A stretch of DNA of 64,000 nt from contig OX597817.1 of the NCBI GenBank assembly GCA_951406725.2, positions 24,800,001 to 24,864,000 on the forward strand, in the 5' to 3' direction. The DNA is from Octopus vulgaris (lineage: Eukaryota). The notes beneath the pieces were generated by a model, which worked only from the letters and a program-made list of their open reading frames with translations, ran no database searches and had not been told where the DNA came from. Below, piece by piece: positions 26,625 through 39,155 of the stretch. How positions within the stretch are numbered: the stretch's first letter is position 1; each line of letters begins with the position of its first letter. The translations under genes and the position numbers were made by a program.

Positions 26625-27011
26625 AAATTTAGAAGTACATTATCTAATATGAACACCACTATACATAATTGGCAGTTAGTTTACACTTAGAGAATTAGGC
26701 ACCAATACACAGTAACATGGAAGTAGGAGGCATCTAGTTTTCTGTGCATTGGTATTGAAAGAGTGGGTGAATGACAATAGAAGTAAAATAAATGTGAGTA
26801 GCAGGATGAGGTTTTCATCATTCATTAAATTACCAGAATGGCAATTAAGGAAAGAATAAGCAAGAAAATTTAACTGAGAGCAGTTTGGAATAAGAGCTAT
26901 AACAATGTGTGTCAGCTATCATTCAAAGAAAATACAACTGTAAGGTATTTTATATTTATATACTCAGCTTCAACCATCTCCCTTACCTGAGATGTATGTA
27001 TCTCTTTTTTA

Positions 27012-27432
27012 TTTTACTCTTTTACTTGTTTCAGTCATTTGACTGTGGCCATGGTGGAGCACCACCTTTAGTCGAGCAAATCGACCCCAGGACTTATTCT
27101 TTGTAAGCCTAGTACTTATTCTATTGGTCGCTTTTGCCGAATTGCTAAATTATAGGGACATAAACACACCAGCATCGGTTGTCAAGCGATGTTGGGGAGA
27201 CAAACACAGACACACAAACACACACACACACACACACATATATATGTATGTATGTATATACACATACATATATACGACGGGCTTCTTTCAGTTTCCGTCT
27301 ACCAAATCTACTCACAAGGCTTTAGTTGGCCCGAGGCTATAGTAGAAGACACTTGCCCAAGGTGCCACACAGTGGGACTGAACCCGGAACCATGTGGTTG
27401 GTAAGCAAGCTACTTACCACACTGCCACTCAT
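27012..27432 (-). mobile_element. SINE family A
   Basis: Full-length match to family. Confidence 0.85.
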
Positions 27433-27675
27433 ATGTCTGTATGTACCATCATCATCATTCTCATAATCATTTTAACATTCACTTTTCAAAGCTTGCATAG
27501 GTCAGGTAGAATTCATAGAAGCAGAAATCCTAAGACAGGATGCCCTTCATGTTGCCAACACTCACCTGTTTCTAAGGAAATATATTCTCCTTTGCCGGAC
27601 ATGTTTCAATGGAAAGCTAGAAAAAAAATAACACTAGATGGGTGACAGTAAGGCTTGCTTATGTATGTAAATGAA

Positions 27676-27997
27676 CCTGTGCCAGTGACACGTAAAAAGC
27701 ACTGTCCGAACGTGGCAGGTACTAGCGCCGCCTGACTGGTGTCCATATCAGTGACACGTAAATGCACCAACCGATCATGGCCGTTTGCCAGCCTGCTCTG
27801 GCCCCTGTGCTGGTGGCACGTAAAAATCACCCACTACACTCACGGAGTGGTTGGCATTAGCAAGGGCATCCAGCTGTAGAAACACTGCCAAATCAGACTG
27901 GAGCCTGGTGCAGCCTCCATGGTTTACAAGACCCCAGTCAAACGTGTCCAACCCATGCTAGCATGGAAAACAGACATTAAACGATGATGATGATGAT
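27676..27997 (+). mobile_element. Repeat family C with 5' tandem subrepeats
   Basis: Repeated GCACGTAAAAAGCAC units and (GAT)n tail. Confidence 0.8.
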
Positions 27998-28009
27998 ATA
28001 CATCCTTAT

Positions 28010-28305
28010 ATTGTATGATTGAGGAGCACCGACTCAGACTGTTTGGCCATGCTGCTCAGTTTTCTGAGTCAGAGCCTGCTTACTATGTTCCCTTCACTGA
28101 GGATCCACCTCGGTTGTAAACACACCAGCATCGGTTGTCGTGTTGGTCAACCACATGCCCCATGGTCACAGCAGGTGAAGAGGTATCACATAAAGATGGG
28201 GACTGAGTGGGTCTCTACTCAACAGGCCACCCCGGAGGACTGGAAATACACTCACAAATGGTGAATGCAGCAACATGCTGCAATGGATGGCACATGCCTC
28301 CACTC
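28010..28305 (+). pseudogene. RTE-like LINE C-terminal fragment
   Basis: Translates as EHRLRLFGHAAQF..EPA, similar to the RRLRxFGHxxR motif of RTE ORFs. Confidence 0.5.
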
Positions 28306-28366
28306 CACCACACACACACATAAGCATATGTATATTTAAATATACAAACATACTCACACCGAGAAA

Positions 28367-28409
<43 letters not shown>

Positions 28410-28444
28410 ATAGAAATGGTAAGACAGCACCACCATAAAGAAAC

Positions 28445-28620
28445 ATCACCATAAACTGCGCATATTTCTTTGGTTGCTTGTGAGGTGTTTTTCCCTTTAC
28501 GGAAAAAGAAAAGCATCAAGTGCCAAAAATGAACTTTCTTTGCTTCCATTTTAAAAGGTTACAGAATTAACACAGGTAATTGGAACATAAACCTTATTCC
28601 ACGAAAAGATAGCTTAAACT
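28445..28620 (-). pseudogene. Mariner transposase 5' fragment
   Basis: MEAKKVHFWHLMLFFFRKGKNTSQATKEICAVYGD matches the mariner N-terminal HTH. Confidence 0.85.
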
Positions 28621-28950
28621 GAGCACCACCTCAAAGGGTTTTAGTCAAAGAAATTGACCCCAGGATTTATTCTTTGTAAGCCTAGCACTTATTCTATTTA
28701 TTAGTAACTTTTGTTGAACTGCTAAGTTACAAGGACGTAAACATGCCAACATTGGTTGTCAAATGATGGTGGGGAGACAAACACAGACACAAAGACATGA
28801 TACACACACAACAGGCTTCTTTCAGTTTCCATCTACCAAATCCACTCACAAGGCTTTGGTCAGTGCAAAACTATACTAGAAGGCACTTGCCCAAGGTGCC
28901 ATGTAGTGGGACTGAACCCAGAATCATGTGTTTGGGAAGCAAGCTTCTTA

Positions 28951-28952
<2 letters not shown>
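28621..28952 (-). mobile_element. SINE family A
   Basis: Family match. Confidence 0.8.
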
Positions 28953-28984
<32 letters not shown>

Positions 28985-28993
<9 letters not shown>

Positions 28994-29366
28994 ATATTAA
29001 TTAGAGACAAAACCACTATTATGCAAATCAAATAAAGAAAGACTTTTAATCCAATACATAAAAAATTTTATATAAATTAATTAAGATATCCACTACGATC
29101 GTTTCTTCATAGTTCAAAATTGCATCGAAGGTCTTGAAACCACCTGATGAATGTCCATAAAAGTGACAAGAAACGATCGTAGTGGATATCTTAATTATAT
29201 TTAATTTATATAAAATTTTTTATGCATTGGATTAAGTCTTTCTTTATTTGATTTGCATAATAGTGGTTTTGTCTCTAATTAATATTATATTATATTTTAC
29301 TATAAAATTGGATTCAATCCTAAATCTGATTTTTCCCTGTAAATTTGGATTTATTCCCTAATATTT

Positions 29367-29395
<29 letters not shown>
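28985..29395. mobile_element. Palindromic (TA)n-embedded element with a hammerhead motif
   Basis: Inverted arms at ~28985-29107 and 29168-29295. Confidence 0.75.
29140..29185 (+). ncRNA. Minimal type I hammerhead ribozyme motif
   Basis: CCAC CUGAUGA aUGUC..GACAa GAAA CGAUCG UA GUGG. Confidence 0.7.
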
Positions 29396-29398
<3 letters not shown>

Positions 29399-29399
29399 T

Positions 29400-30022
29400 A
29401 AAGTATAGGAAAGAATGGAGCTGAACGAAGATTTAACAAAATTCCGTTATTTTATTTTCGACATATGTTTCGAAGTCTGCAAAGTCCCTAATTCCGATTG
29501 AATGAGTCCATTATGCAGCTTTCTCTTCAGGAAAATCCAGGAACTTAATTCTCCAACAAAATGCACAACAAGCTTTTCGACAACTGCTCACGAGGAGCCC
29601 ATGAAATTAATGATAAAAATGTCTATTTATATGGGTTGACACCAGATTGGATGAAAGCAGAAGAGATTGTCCGTTGAGATAGTTCAAGGTCAGAATCAAG
29701 GTAGTAGAAGGAAGGTATAGGAAAATTAAAGAGTGTGAATGTATTCTGTATGACTGGTGTTTATATTTGATTTATTTTATGAATGAGTGCTAGAATGTAT
29801 GAGTGTGAAAAATTGCCTTAATGTATGTGTGTGTGCGTCTTTGAATGCGTGAAAGTGTGTTTTGAAGAGAGAGAGAGAGAGAGAGAGAGAGATAGGAAGA
29901 ATTAACGGTCAAGAAACTGAAAAGACTGTGTCTGTGTGTTCGAATGTGACAACTAAATAGGGAGAGGTCGTCCACAATAGCAATGACAAGATACAGTGTT
30001 GCTGTTGGGATTGGTAGTAGTT
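29400..30022 (-). mobile_element. Hammerhead-bearing non-coding repeat (Penelope LTR-like)
   Basis: Near-identical to 37965-38590; abuts (TA)n. Confidence 0.8.
29454..29536 (-). ncRNA. Type I hammerhead ribozyme
   Basis: Minus strand: AUUUUC CUGAAGA G..CUGCA...UGCAG..C GAAA CAUAUG UC GAAAAU. Confidence 0.85.
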
Positions 30023-30130
30023 CTTGACAACTATGAGAAAGTCTTTTATACTAACAGGGATGAGATATCACCTTTCTGTTGAGAATTTTAAGGACCATTT
30101 CTTTGCTTTAATTTATAATATAGAATTCGA

Positions 30131-30518
30131 TACTCTCTTTTTACACTCTTTTACTTGTTTCAGTCATTTGACTGTGGCCATGCTGGAGGACCACCTTTAA
30201 TCGAGCACTTCGACCCCAGGACTTATTCTTTGTAAGCCTGGTATTTATTCTATTGGTCTCTTTTGCTGAACCGCTAAGTTACAGGGACATAAACACACCA
30301 GCATCGGTTATCCAGCGATGTTGGAGGGACAAACACAGACATACAAACATACACACACATATATACATATATACGATGGGCTTCTTTCAGTTTCCGTCTA
30401 CCAAATCCACTCACAATGATTTGGTTGGCTCGAGGCTATAGTAGAAGAAACTTGCCCAAGTTGCCATGCAGTGGGACTGAACCAGGAACCATGTACTTAC
30501 CACACAGCCACTCCTACG
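30131..30518 (-). mobile_element. SINE family A
   Basis: Family match. Confidence 0.85.
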
Positions 30519-30689
30519 ATGTGAAATAAATATTGTGAATAGGATGATGGTTTAATGCAGTATATTTTCTCATATGATAATTTACCAATTTTCAGTAATT
30601 CAATGGAATGATACAACAATGAATCAAAGTGTTCTTTTATCAAAGCCTAGGTAATATAATGTCAGAACCAACTTAGAATTATTATCATT

Positions 30690-31112
30690 ATTGTTGGTTT
30701 CAAATTTTGGCACAAAGCCAACAATTTCAAGGGAGGTGAATAAATCAACCCCACTGCTCAGCTGGTACTTATTTTATCAACCCCAAAAGGATGAAAGGGA
30801 AAGATTGTCTTAGTGGAATTTGAACTCAGAATGTAAAGATAAATGGAATGACACTAAGCATTTTGCCTGCTTGCTACCTTTATTATTATTACTATCATGA
30901 AGATTGATATTCACCTTGCTGGCAGAACTGTTAGCATGCAAGGTAAAAATGTTTGCTGCATTTTCCTGACTTTACATACTGAGTTCAAACTCCAACAAGG
31001 CTGACTTTGCTTCTCATACTTCAGAGTTGATAAAGTATGTACCAGTTGATGTAATTGACAGACCCCATCTCTATAAAATTTCAGGCCAGGTGCCTATTGT
31101 AGAAAGGATTAT
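30690..31112. mobile_element. Two old family-B-related SINEs in divergent orientation
   Basis: Minus copy at ~30690-30880 and plus copy at ~30917-31112, both with B box and core. Confidence 0.6.
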
Positions 31113-31196
31113 TACTAAGTTTGGTAGATTGTCAGAAACAGTCTGGGATTTTAAAAACCAGTATATTGTAAAAATAACAAAGCATCTTATAAATTA

Positions 31197-31588
31197 CTAG
31201 CAGTGTCGCCCGGCATTGCTCGGGTTTGTTTCAACCCTTTAGAATTGGAATTTTTGAAAAGTGAAAATTTCGCATTATGTAGCTTGTTATTCTCTTTAAG
31301 TGAACATTTTTCTGGTTGAAATACACCGAAAAATGGCAACAAAGCAGCCAAAAAATCGTAAAAAATAGGGATTTTCATAGAAAAAAAGCACCTTTTTGAT
31401 GTAAATAATTTTTGGTGTAAACATAGTCCGATTTGAATTTTTTCTTCTACAGAAGAAAGAGCAACCCTTCTTCTATCATACTCTCAATTTTGGTCAACTT
31501 GCACTGAAGGGTCTTGGAGGAGATAGTGTTAGTTGAAGGCTACCAAACCTGCCATACACAGACAACTTCAGCTTTATATAGAGAGAGA
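31197..31588 (-). mobile_element. Non-autonomous Helitron
   Basis: A|CTAGCAGTGTCGCCCGGCATTGCTCGGG ... TATATAGAGAGAGA|T termini. Confidence 0.8.
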
Positions 31589-32382
31589 TTTCACAACATT
31601 ATGCTTAACCTCTCAACATTTTCAACTGAAATCCAGAGTTGTGTTGATTTTTTTATCATTCTAGTGGCTAAAGTAAAAAGTATCAGCAACTCATGGTGGT
31701 GGTAGTGGGGGCGGGGTTAGTTTTTCTTTTATTATATAGTCAGTAGAAAAAGTAGTGCCCATGCTTCATCACAGGGCCACCAAAATTAGTGGGAGGGAGA
31801 GAAGAATATGTCCTTAAACCAGAGAACTGATGCTTGCAACAGAGTAGACTTCATGGAAGCCACTCAAGGTGTCATGTGGTGATGCTAAACCAGGCAAGAA
31901 ATTTCGTCTACCAAGTTTACATCCTTCCAGTAATATCAGTAATATTCTAGGGTTCAATTCAGTTGTGACTCACTCATATATTCCAATGGTCTTGTACTAC
32001 ATCAAAATAAATCATCATCATCATCACCATCATCATGATTACTGCTGCTTTAATATCCAAGTGACAAACAATTAAACATTTTATGATCCAAATGTAAATT
32101 TACAAAACCTAACTGATTGGCACTAATTCAATCTGTTTGGATTTAATCATTTCATTAAATATCTGAATCCCAGTTTAATTGCAGATTACTGAGCAAAGCT
32201 TTCAGGCTTTCATCTAATTGCTTGTTTGCATTTTGGAATATGTCACAGCTGACTGATGTCATGTGATGTGGAGAAAAAGTCATTTGATTATTTGCAAGGG
32301 ACAGAATCCCAGTTTAATTGCAGATTACTGAGCAAAGCTTTCAGGCTTTCATCTAATTGCTTGTTTGCATTTTGGAATATGT

Positions 32383-33040
32383 CACAACAGGCCAGATATA
32401 GTTGTTTGGGTCTGATAAGAATAAATATGTATTGTCCTGCTGATGTGTATATCTCTTAAAACAATCAAACTGAAAGAAGATAATGATGGAAAACTGCTTT
32501 CTCATCTTCTATACCCCAGTTATAAATTCACATTTATACCCATAACAATTGGTTCTCTTGGTTTTGTTAGTAAATGCTTAAATGACAATCCAGTAAAGCA
32601 AGAGATTTCAAAAAATAAATTAACCAATTAATAAACACATTGCATATGCAATCTGTAAGCAGATATTGATGATGATAATTATATATATATGTTGTTTTCT
32701 TAAACAGTCTTCAGTGTTCAGTACAAACATAACAGGCCAGATATAGTTGTTTGGGTCTGAACTCATTAGAAATAGCAGCTAAAAAACTTTTTTAAAAACC
32801 ATTTCTAATACTTAAAGAAAATCTCTCTCATATAGTGTATAACTCTTAATACAATCAAACTGAAAGAAGATAATGATGGAAAGGTTATTTGAGAACGTTC
32901 GTTTCAAGATTAGTCAACACGACATTCACATTTATAGCCCATAACACTCCTTGGTTTGGATTTGAAAACACTGAAAGTGAGCAATCTTTCAGTAAAGCAA
33001 GAGATCTTCAAAAATAAAGTAACCAACAAACTAAAACATG
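32383..33040 (+). pseudogene. RLE-type (R4/Dong-like) LINE endonuclease remnants, patchwork duplicated
   Basis: HNRPDIVVW present twice; KLKEDNDGKLL..LYPSYKFTFIPITIGSLGFV. Confidence 0.55.
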
Positions 33041-33111
33041 CAATGAAGAATTTCTGTTCTCCCCTTTCCACCATGATGGGTTAAAATACGTGGGTTAAAA
33101 ATAGCGTGTTG

Positions 33112-33145
<34 letters not shown>

Positions 33146-33230
33146 TATGTCATTGTTATCCTCATCGTTACTATTTAACAACTATTTTCCATGCAGGCAT
33201 GGAAGAGCTGGCAAGCCACTATATATATAT

Positions 33231-33420
33231 CATCATCATCATCATTTAACTTCTGTTTCTATTCTGGCATGGATTGGATGGTTTGGCAGGAGCTGGTAAG
33301 GCAAGGAACCATACCAGGCTCCATTGTCTTGTTTTGGTATGATTTCTACAGCTGGATGCTCTTCTTAATGCCAACCACTTTACAGACAGTACCGGTGCTT
33401 TTTACATGGCACCACCACCA
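33231..33420 (-). mobile_element. Repeat family C, diverged
   Basis: Family motifs. Confidence 0.6.
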
Positions 33421-33464
33421 ACAGGGTCACCAAATAACAAATGCAGCAGAATGGAGGACAAGGT

Positions 33465-34490
33465 GACCCACACTACACACTTCCTAGATACATTGAAAAC
33501 CAACGAGTACCTTAGTTCCATTATAAATTGGCTTAAGTACCCAAGATGACCAACACGCTGAACTCATAGAAAATCCAGCAACACATGCTTCCTTAAAATA
33601 CCCCATTTTAGCAAGAAGATAACTACAGCTACCCGAAGAGCCATAAGAAGAGAAAGGCTAGACATACAACTAGCCACTCCGGCCCCTCTCTGAGAGGACA
33701 CCTCACAAGGAAACGAACAAGGGACAACAATCAATGCACACTAACAAATTGTCTCATCCATGACACAGATTTATGTCAACGGGTTAATGTTGTGTATAGA
33801 ATACAATGTAACAAATGCAACAAGTTCTATGTGGGTAGCACAACAAAACCGTTACACGTCCACATCAAAGAACATCTGAACACGAAAGCCTCCTCCTTCA
33901 GAAAACATCTAGACAGATTCTGGAACACCAACAAAAGCATAACAGTCACAATTGAGGCCAATGAAAGAAATTTGGGTAATTTAAGAATTAAGGAAGCTAT
34001 ACTCATACACAGACTAGGACCCTAAATTAACAACAGGCTGGAGGTTAGTAATCAATATAATATTTAGCTACATTTGGATGTGAGTAGGTTCATTTTTGAT
34101 ATGCTCCTCTATTGTTTATAACAAAAAAAAAAAGAGAAGAGGAAAAAAGGAGAACAGAAAAAGAAGCTGCACATATAATATGTAACTTAGAAGCAGCATT
34201 ACAGATGTACCAACACAACAAGATTGAGACATAGCCTACTTCACACACTTCTCATGAGGAATTCCGGAAGGATCTTCATGAGACCACTGCTGAGATGCTT
34301 CTGAAAAAAAAAAGCCATTGGAAAATCGATTATAGCAGGAAATCAATCTAAGAATATCTGAAGAAGGAATTGTATTCTGAAATATCATCAGACTATGGAT
34401 AACTAAATTACAACAGGTATATAGTCCATTTTTTTTATATTATAGTGCATTGTTGTACCATTCAAAACTTTTTATTCTTTATATAATAAC
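33465..34490 (+). mobile_element. Penelope-like element 3' part (GIY-YIG endonuclease and UTR)
   Basis: VYRIQCNKCNKFYVGSTTKPLHVHIKEH...LRIKEAILIH; decayed hammerhead core at 34358-34389. Confidence 0.85.
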
Positions 34491-34514
34491 AAATTAGATA
34501 TACCTCCCAATATA

Positions 34515-34749
34515 TATTTCTTTACTACCCACAAGGGGCTAAACACAGAGGGGACAAACAAGGACAGACAAATGGATTAAGTCGATTACATCGACCCCAG
34601 TGCATAACTGGTACTTAATTTATCGACCCCGAAAGGATGAAAGGCAAAGTCGACCTTGGCGGAATTTGAACCCAGAACGTAGCAGCAGACGAAATATGGC
34701 TACGCATTTTGTCCAGCGTGCTAACGTTCCTGCCAGCTCACCACCTTTA
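34515..34749 (-). mobile_element. SINE family B
   Basis: Family consensus; flanking repeat ATACCTCCCAATATA. Confidence 0.9.
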
Positions 34750-35704
34750 TACCTCCCAATATAGGTAAATTTAAAAATAATAATAAAGGATAATTTGAAA
34801 TTAAAACTATGTATAGTGTAATTACCCTGCTTGGTACTGATCACCTATAAATACCCATAGTTCCCTGCTATCTTCTTCCTCAAATCACCATTTTAGTACC
34901 AGCTAAAAAAGGAAGATAAATATATGATTTTTTCTTGTTATATATCACATTTAAACACAGACATTTTTATTCTGATGTTTAATCTTATATCTCACATTCT
35001 GTATTTGACATATACTTGATTTTACGTGATTGATATAAATACTAATTCATATTCATAATGTATCTCTTATTATAATAATTTATAAATCTTAATTCTTAAT
35101 ATTACAAAGTATAATTTTTATTCTTAATTTTTAATTCGCAATTTTTAATCTTTAATGCTTAATTGTATTGCTTATTTTTAAAGGGATGTAAAATTAGATA
35201 TATAATATTTTGAAATAGAACCTGAAAATGTGTGGGAATAATTGTAAATCTGACGATTGCATATATGTATTTATATATGTATATATATATGGGTATACAG
35301 TTGTGTATATGTATATATTTTGTAATCTTCCAATACTGAAACATGTGTAGTTCCTTCATATTTAATAAATATAAGTATTAACTAAAATTATGATATAATT
35401 AATGAAGTACACTATATACCCAGCTGGAAATTTTGGTTATATCATTTAAGTATTATTTTGTGATGTGCAAAATGATACCATGTGTTTACTGTCGGATATA
35501 CTCATTAGGTTTTTTTGTATTATCTGAAATAGAATACCTGCATACCAATTAATCCTCAAAAATTGAATATTTAATTTTATCAGATTCTTTTTATATTTAT
35601 AGATAAATATGTAAATATACGATAAATAAGACCCCAAAGTACGATATGTAGATTCATATAACTCTGTAGAGTTACACCTGATTGATTTGGAAATTTGTTT
35701 TCCC

Positions 35705-35741
<37 letters not shown>

Positions 35742-35799
35742 TCCACAGGGAGAATCCTATTTAGTATAAGTGTGCTCAAAAAGTAAAACAGTAACATCC

Positions 35800-36700
35800 A
35801 GTGATGTCAAACGTATGAAAGAATATATGTGTAAGCAAAAGATAGAGTGGCATGTTATAAAGCATTGATAAAAATTTATATAGATAAGAATTACTTGGCA
35901 GAGATAGAACAGGGGAAATAATACTGTGCTAGTAAAAGTAAATCTGTTTATACAATATTCAGTAGAAAGGAAGAAGTGATATTTGATGATGAGAAAAATA
36001 GAAAAAATGAATGTAGAAAAGTTGAATGTGGTAAAAAAATAAATGACATATGGAAAGAAATCTGATGCATTGAGAGAAATCTGAAGCAGTATAATGTTTA
36101 AAGTGTATAAAGGAAAAACTTTATAGAATGAATTATTTAACTATTGAAATGAATAATATCGTAGACATTTCACCATCTCTTTAATTCCTGATTAACTTGT
36201 CCCACCATCATTATTATACAAGAAAATAAGGTAGAAACTAGAGGATGGGAGAATTTGAGAGAGATAGAAATAATATAAGACTTATTCAGGCTATATAGCA
36301 TTAGAGACAGCCTATCATTTGCTGTCTAGATGTAAAATACTTCCTGGGAATTATGTTAAGAAGCAAGATTATATATGGATAGTCTTAACAGTAGCTTGCA
36401 TAAAGGAAGAAGTACTTATTGAAGGAAATAATGACATGGCTTTTTCTAATCTTCCTTTTTTTTTTATTGAATATTCTATTAAAGTTGTTGGTGTAAATAT
36501 TTTTTTTCCTGCTATTTTTCTTGCTCAGACTAAAGTTTCACCATAATGGAGGTGTCAGAACAACAAGCCTACAGGTAAGATTTTTATCTCTTACCACTCT
36601 ACATCAATATCCACATCTTCATCGTTAGCAAAATTTAGACAACGGTTCAATTTCAAAACTGGTAGTAGTCAGTCTATTGATAATGGAACATTATAGACAG
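35800..36700 (+). pseudogene. Possible highly decayed RLE-type LINE
   Basis: ETAYHLLSRC zinc-knuckle-like motif near 36306-36335; little else is recognisable. Confidence 0.3.
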
Positions 36701-37760
36701 GATGAGGAGAACCACTGATATCTGTCAACATGATATGATCAGTGGGATATGATACTATTTGATAAAGAAGGTATGATAATTTTTGAATATATTACTATGT
36801 AAAATATATCATATAATTTTGTCTGCCTTTTTCATGATTGCATGAAAATGATTGCTCATTTTCTCTCTCACTTCGTGTGTGCTCATCATTTATGTACATC
36901 CAAGCAGAGCTTGATCACCTCAGATGATTATCATTATTTCTGTTACTAGCTTCCACATCTTTCTGGTCATCTTTATCATCTACACATATGATTGTTTTTT
37001 TATTAACATAGTTGTACATGCAGTTAATATATTTGACCATATTTTATTTCTCACACCTTCTCAATCTTGGTTATTCTTTATAGGTGAATGTCCTTTCTTT
37101 ATAGCTTACTGCAATCAGTCAAAGAAAAGTACATAGAAAATATGCTAGTGTCAGGTTTTCTCTTGAAATATATAAATACCTTGCATTATCACTTTATTTG
37201 ATCTTTAAAAGTAAATCCATAATTTTAAAGTTTTCAATTATACTCTCAATGCCATTGAAACATGACAACAACTAAAAGCTAGCAACAAAGTTTGAAATAT
37301 TTCAAGCTTTTACATATTTTAAATTACCTAGCTTTACTTCAAACCATGATCACCAAACTTACACTAAGATAGTTATATAGAGTAGCCATTTTCAGTACTT
37401 TGAAAAGTTATAGATTTCATTGCACTAGACATCAGGAAAACTGCTTCAGGACAGTGTAGCCTCAAAAGAGTTAACTCAATGATTATTGAATTTATTTTTA
37501 GAACTTTAACATGTAGTATCTTACTACTGCACATAACTATGTGAAGTGTCAGCAATTCTCCATCAAGTTTTAAACTATCTTTGGATTTAACTTTTGTTAT
37601 ATTTCTAGAGTACTCATGGTATCAAAAATAAGAACAGTTTCAAGAAAGATTGGAAACGTTTTAGAATAACAAAAACAGTTTCATTTTGTCATACATTTTA
37701 TTAGAAGTATATACACTATAGGAGTAAAAAGAATTGGAAACAAACGTGAAGATTGCTTCT

Positions 37761-37811
<51 letters not shown>

Positions 37812-37814
<3 letters not shown>

Positions 37815-38590
37815 AGTAGACAAATGAATTATCTTATTACGGATAATTCGAAAGATAACCGATACCTGGGTAGCAAAATTCACAACAGAAAGGGCACGGT
37901 TGAAGTTACGACCATAGGGCATAAAATCCGTGCCTTAGTGCGGAAATTTGAAGTTTTATATATTAAGTATAGGAAAGAATAGAGCTAAATGAAGATTTAA
38001 CAAAATTCCTTTATTTTATTTTCGACATATGTTTCGAAGTCTGCAAACTCCCTAATTCCGATTGAATAAGGAGTCCATTATGCAGCTTTCTCTTCAGGAA
38101 AATCCAGGAACTTAATTCTCCAACAAAATGCACAACAAGCTTTTCGACAACTGCTCACGAGGAGCCCATGAAATTAATGATAAAAAAATGTCTATTTATA
38201 TGGGTTGACGCCGGATTGGATGAAAGCAGAAGAGATTGTCCGTTGAGATAGTTCAAGGTCAGAATCAAGGTAGTAGAAGGAAGGTATAGGAAAATTAAAG
38301 AGTGTGAATGTATTCTGTATGACTGGTGTTTATATTTGATTTATTTTATGAATGAGTGCTAGAATGTATGAGTGTGAAAAATTGCCTTAATGTATGTGTG
38401 TGTGTGTGCGTCTTTGAATGCGTGGAAGTGTGTTTTGAAGGCAGAGAGAGAGAGAGAGATAGCAAGAATTAACGGTCAAGAAACTGAAAAGACTGTGTCT
38501 GTGTGTTCGAATGTGACAACTAAATAGGGAGAGGGCGTCCACAATACAATGACAAGATACAGTGTTGCTGTTGGGATTGGTAGTAGTTCT
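37812..38590 (-). mobile_element. Hammerhead-bearing non-coding repeat, second copy
   Basis: Near-identical to 29400-30022 plus ~150 bp extra; abuts (TA)n. Confidence 0.8.
38018..38103 (-). ncRNA. Type I hammerhead ribozyme
   Basis: Same core and stems as 29454-29536; long stem II. Confidence 0.85.
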
Positions 38591-39155
38591 ATCATATAAT
38601 ACATGATACAATGGTTTACTGTATGGGGTGCAGTGCATTAGACATTTAGTCACTGGAGCAAAAAGTAAGACTCTCTCAAAAGCCTTCATGTTATTTCTAA
38701 AATAAACTAAACACAACAATTTGTAGGTTGTTTTAGGACTAAAAATCCAAAGACAAGATTGTCATTGGCTTGTATATTGATGAAATAATGAAGTTTTGCT
38801 ATGTAAGTCATTGCCATATTGATTAAGAATTTTACCATATAATCACATGTTTATGTATTTGATTCATAAGTGTCTTCTACAATAGTCTCAGATCAATATA
38901 TGCCTTATGAGTGAAATTAGGGAAATGGTAACAATCAGATGGAATGTTCATTTCAACATCCTGTTTTGGCTTTGGGATGTCTTTCAGGCCAAATCAGACC
39001 ACATAACTTTTGTTATATGGTTTGTATCATATAACAAAAGTTATATGGTACAAACTTAACGTCAGTTAAGGTGAGACAGTGTCAAGTGACAACTTGCTGG
39101 GGCTGCCTGCTGGAGCCTAGCAGCAGGTATTTAAAGGGAAAAATTTGACAAGTCA

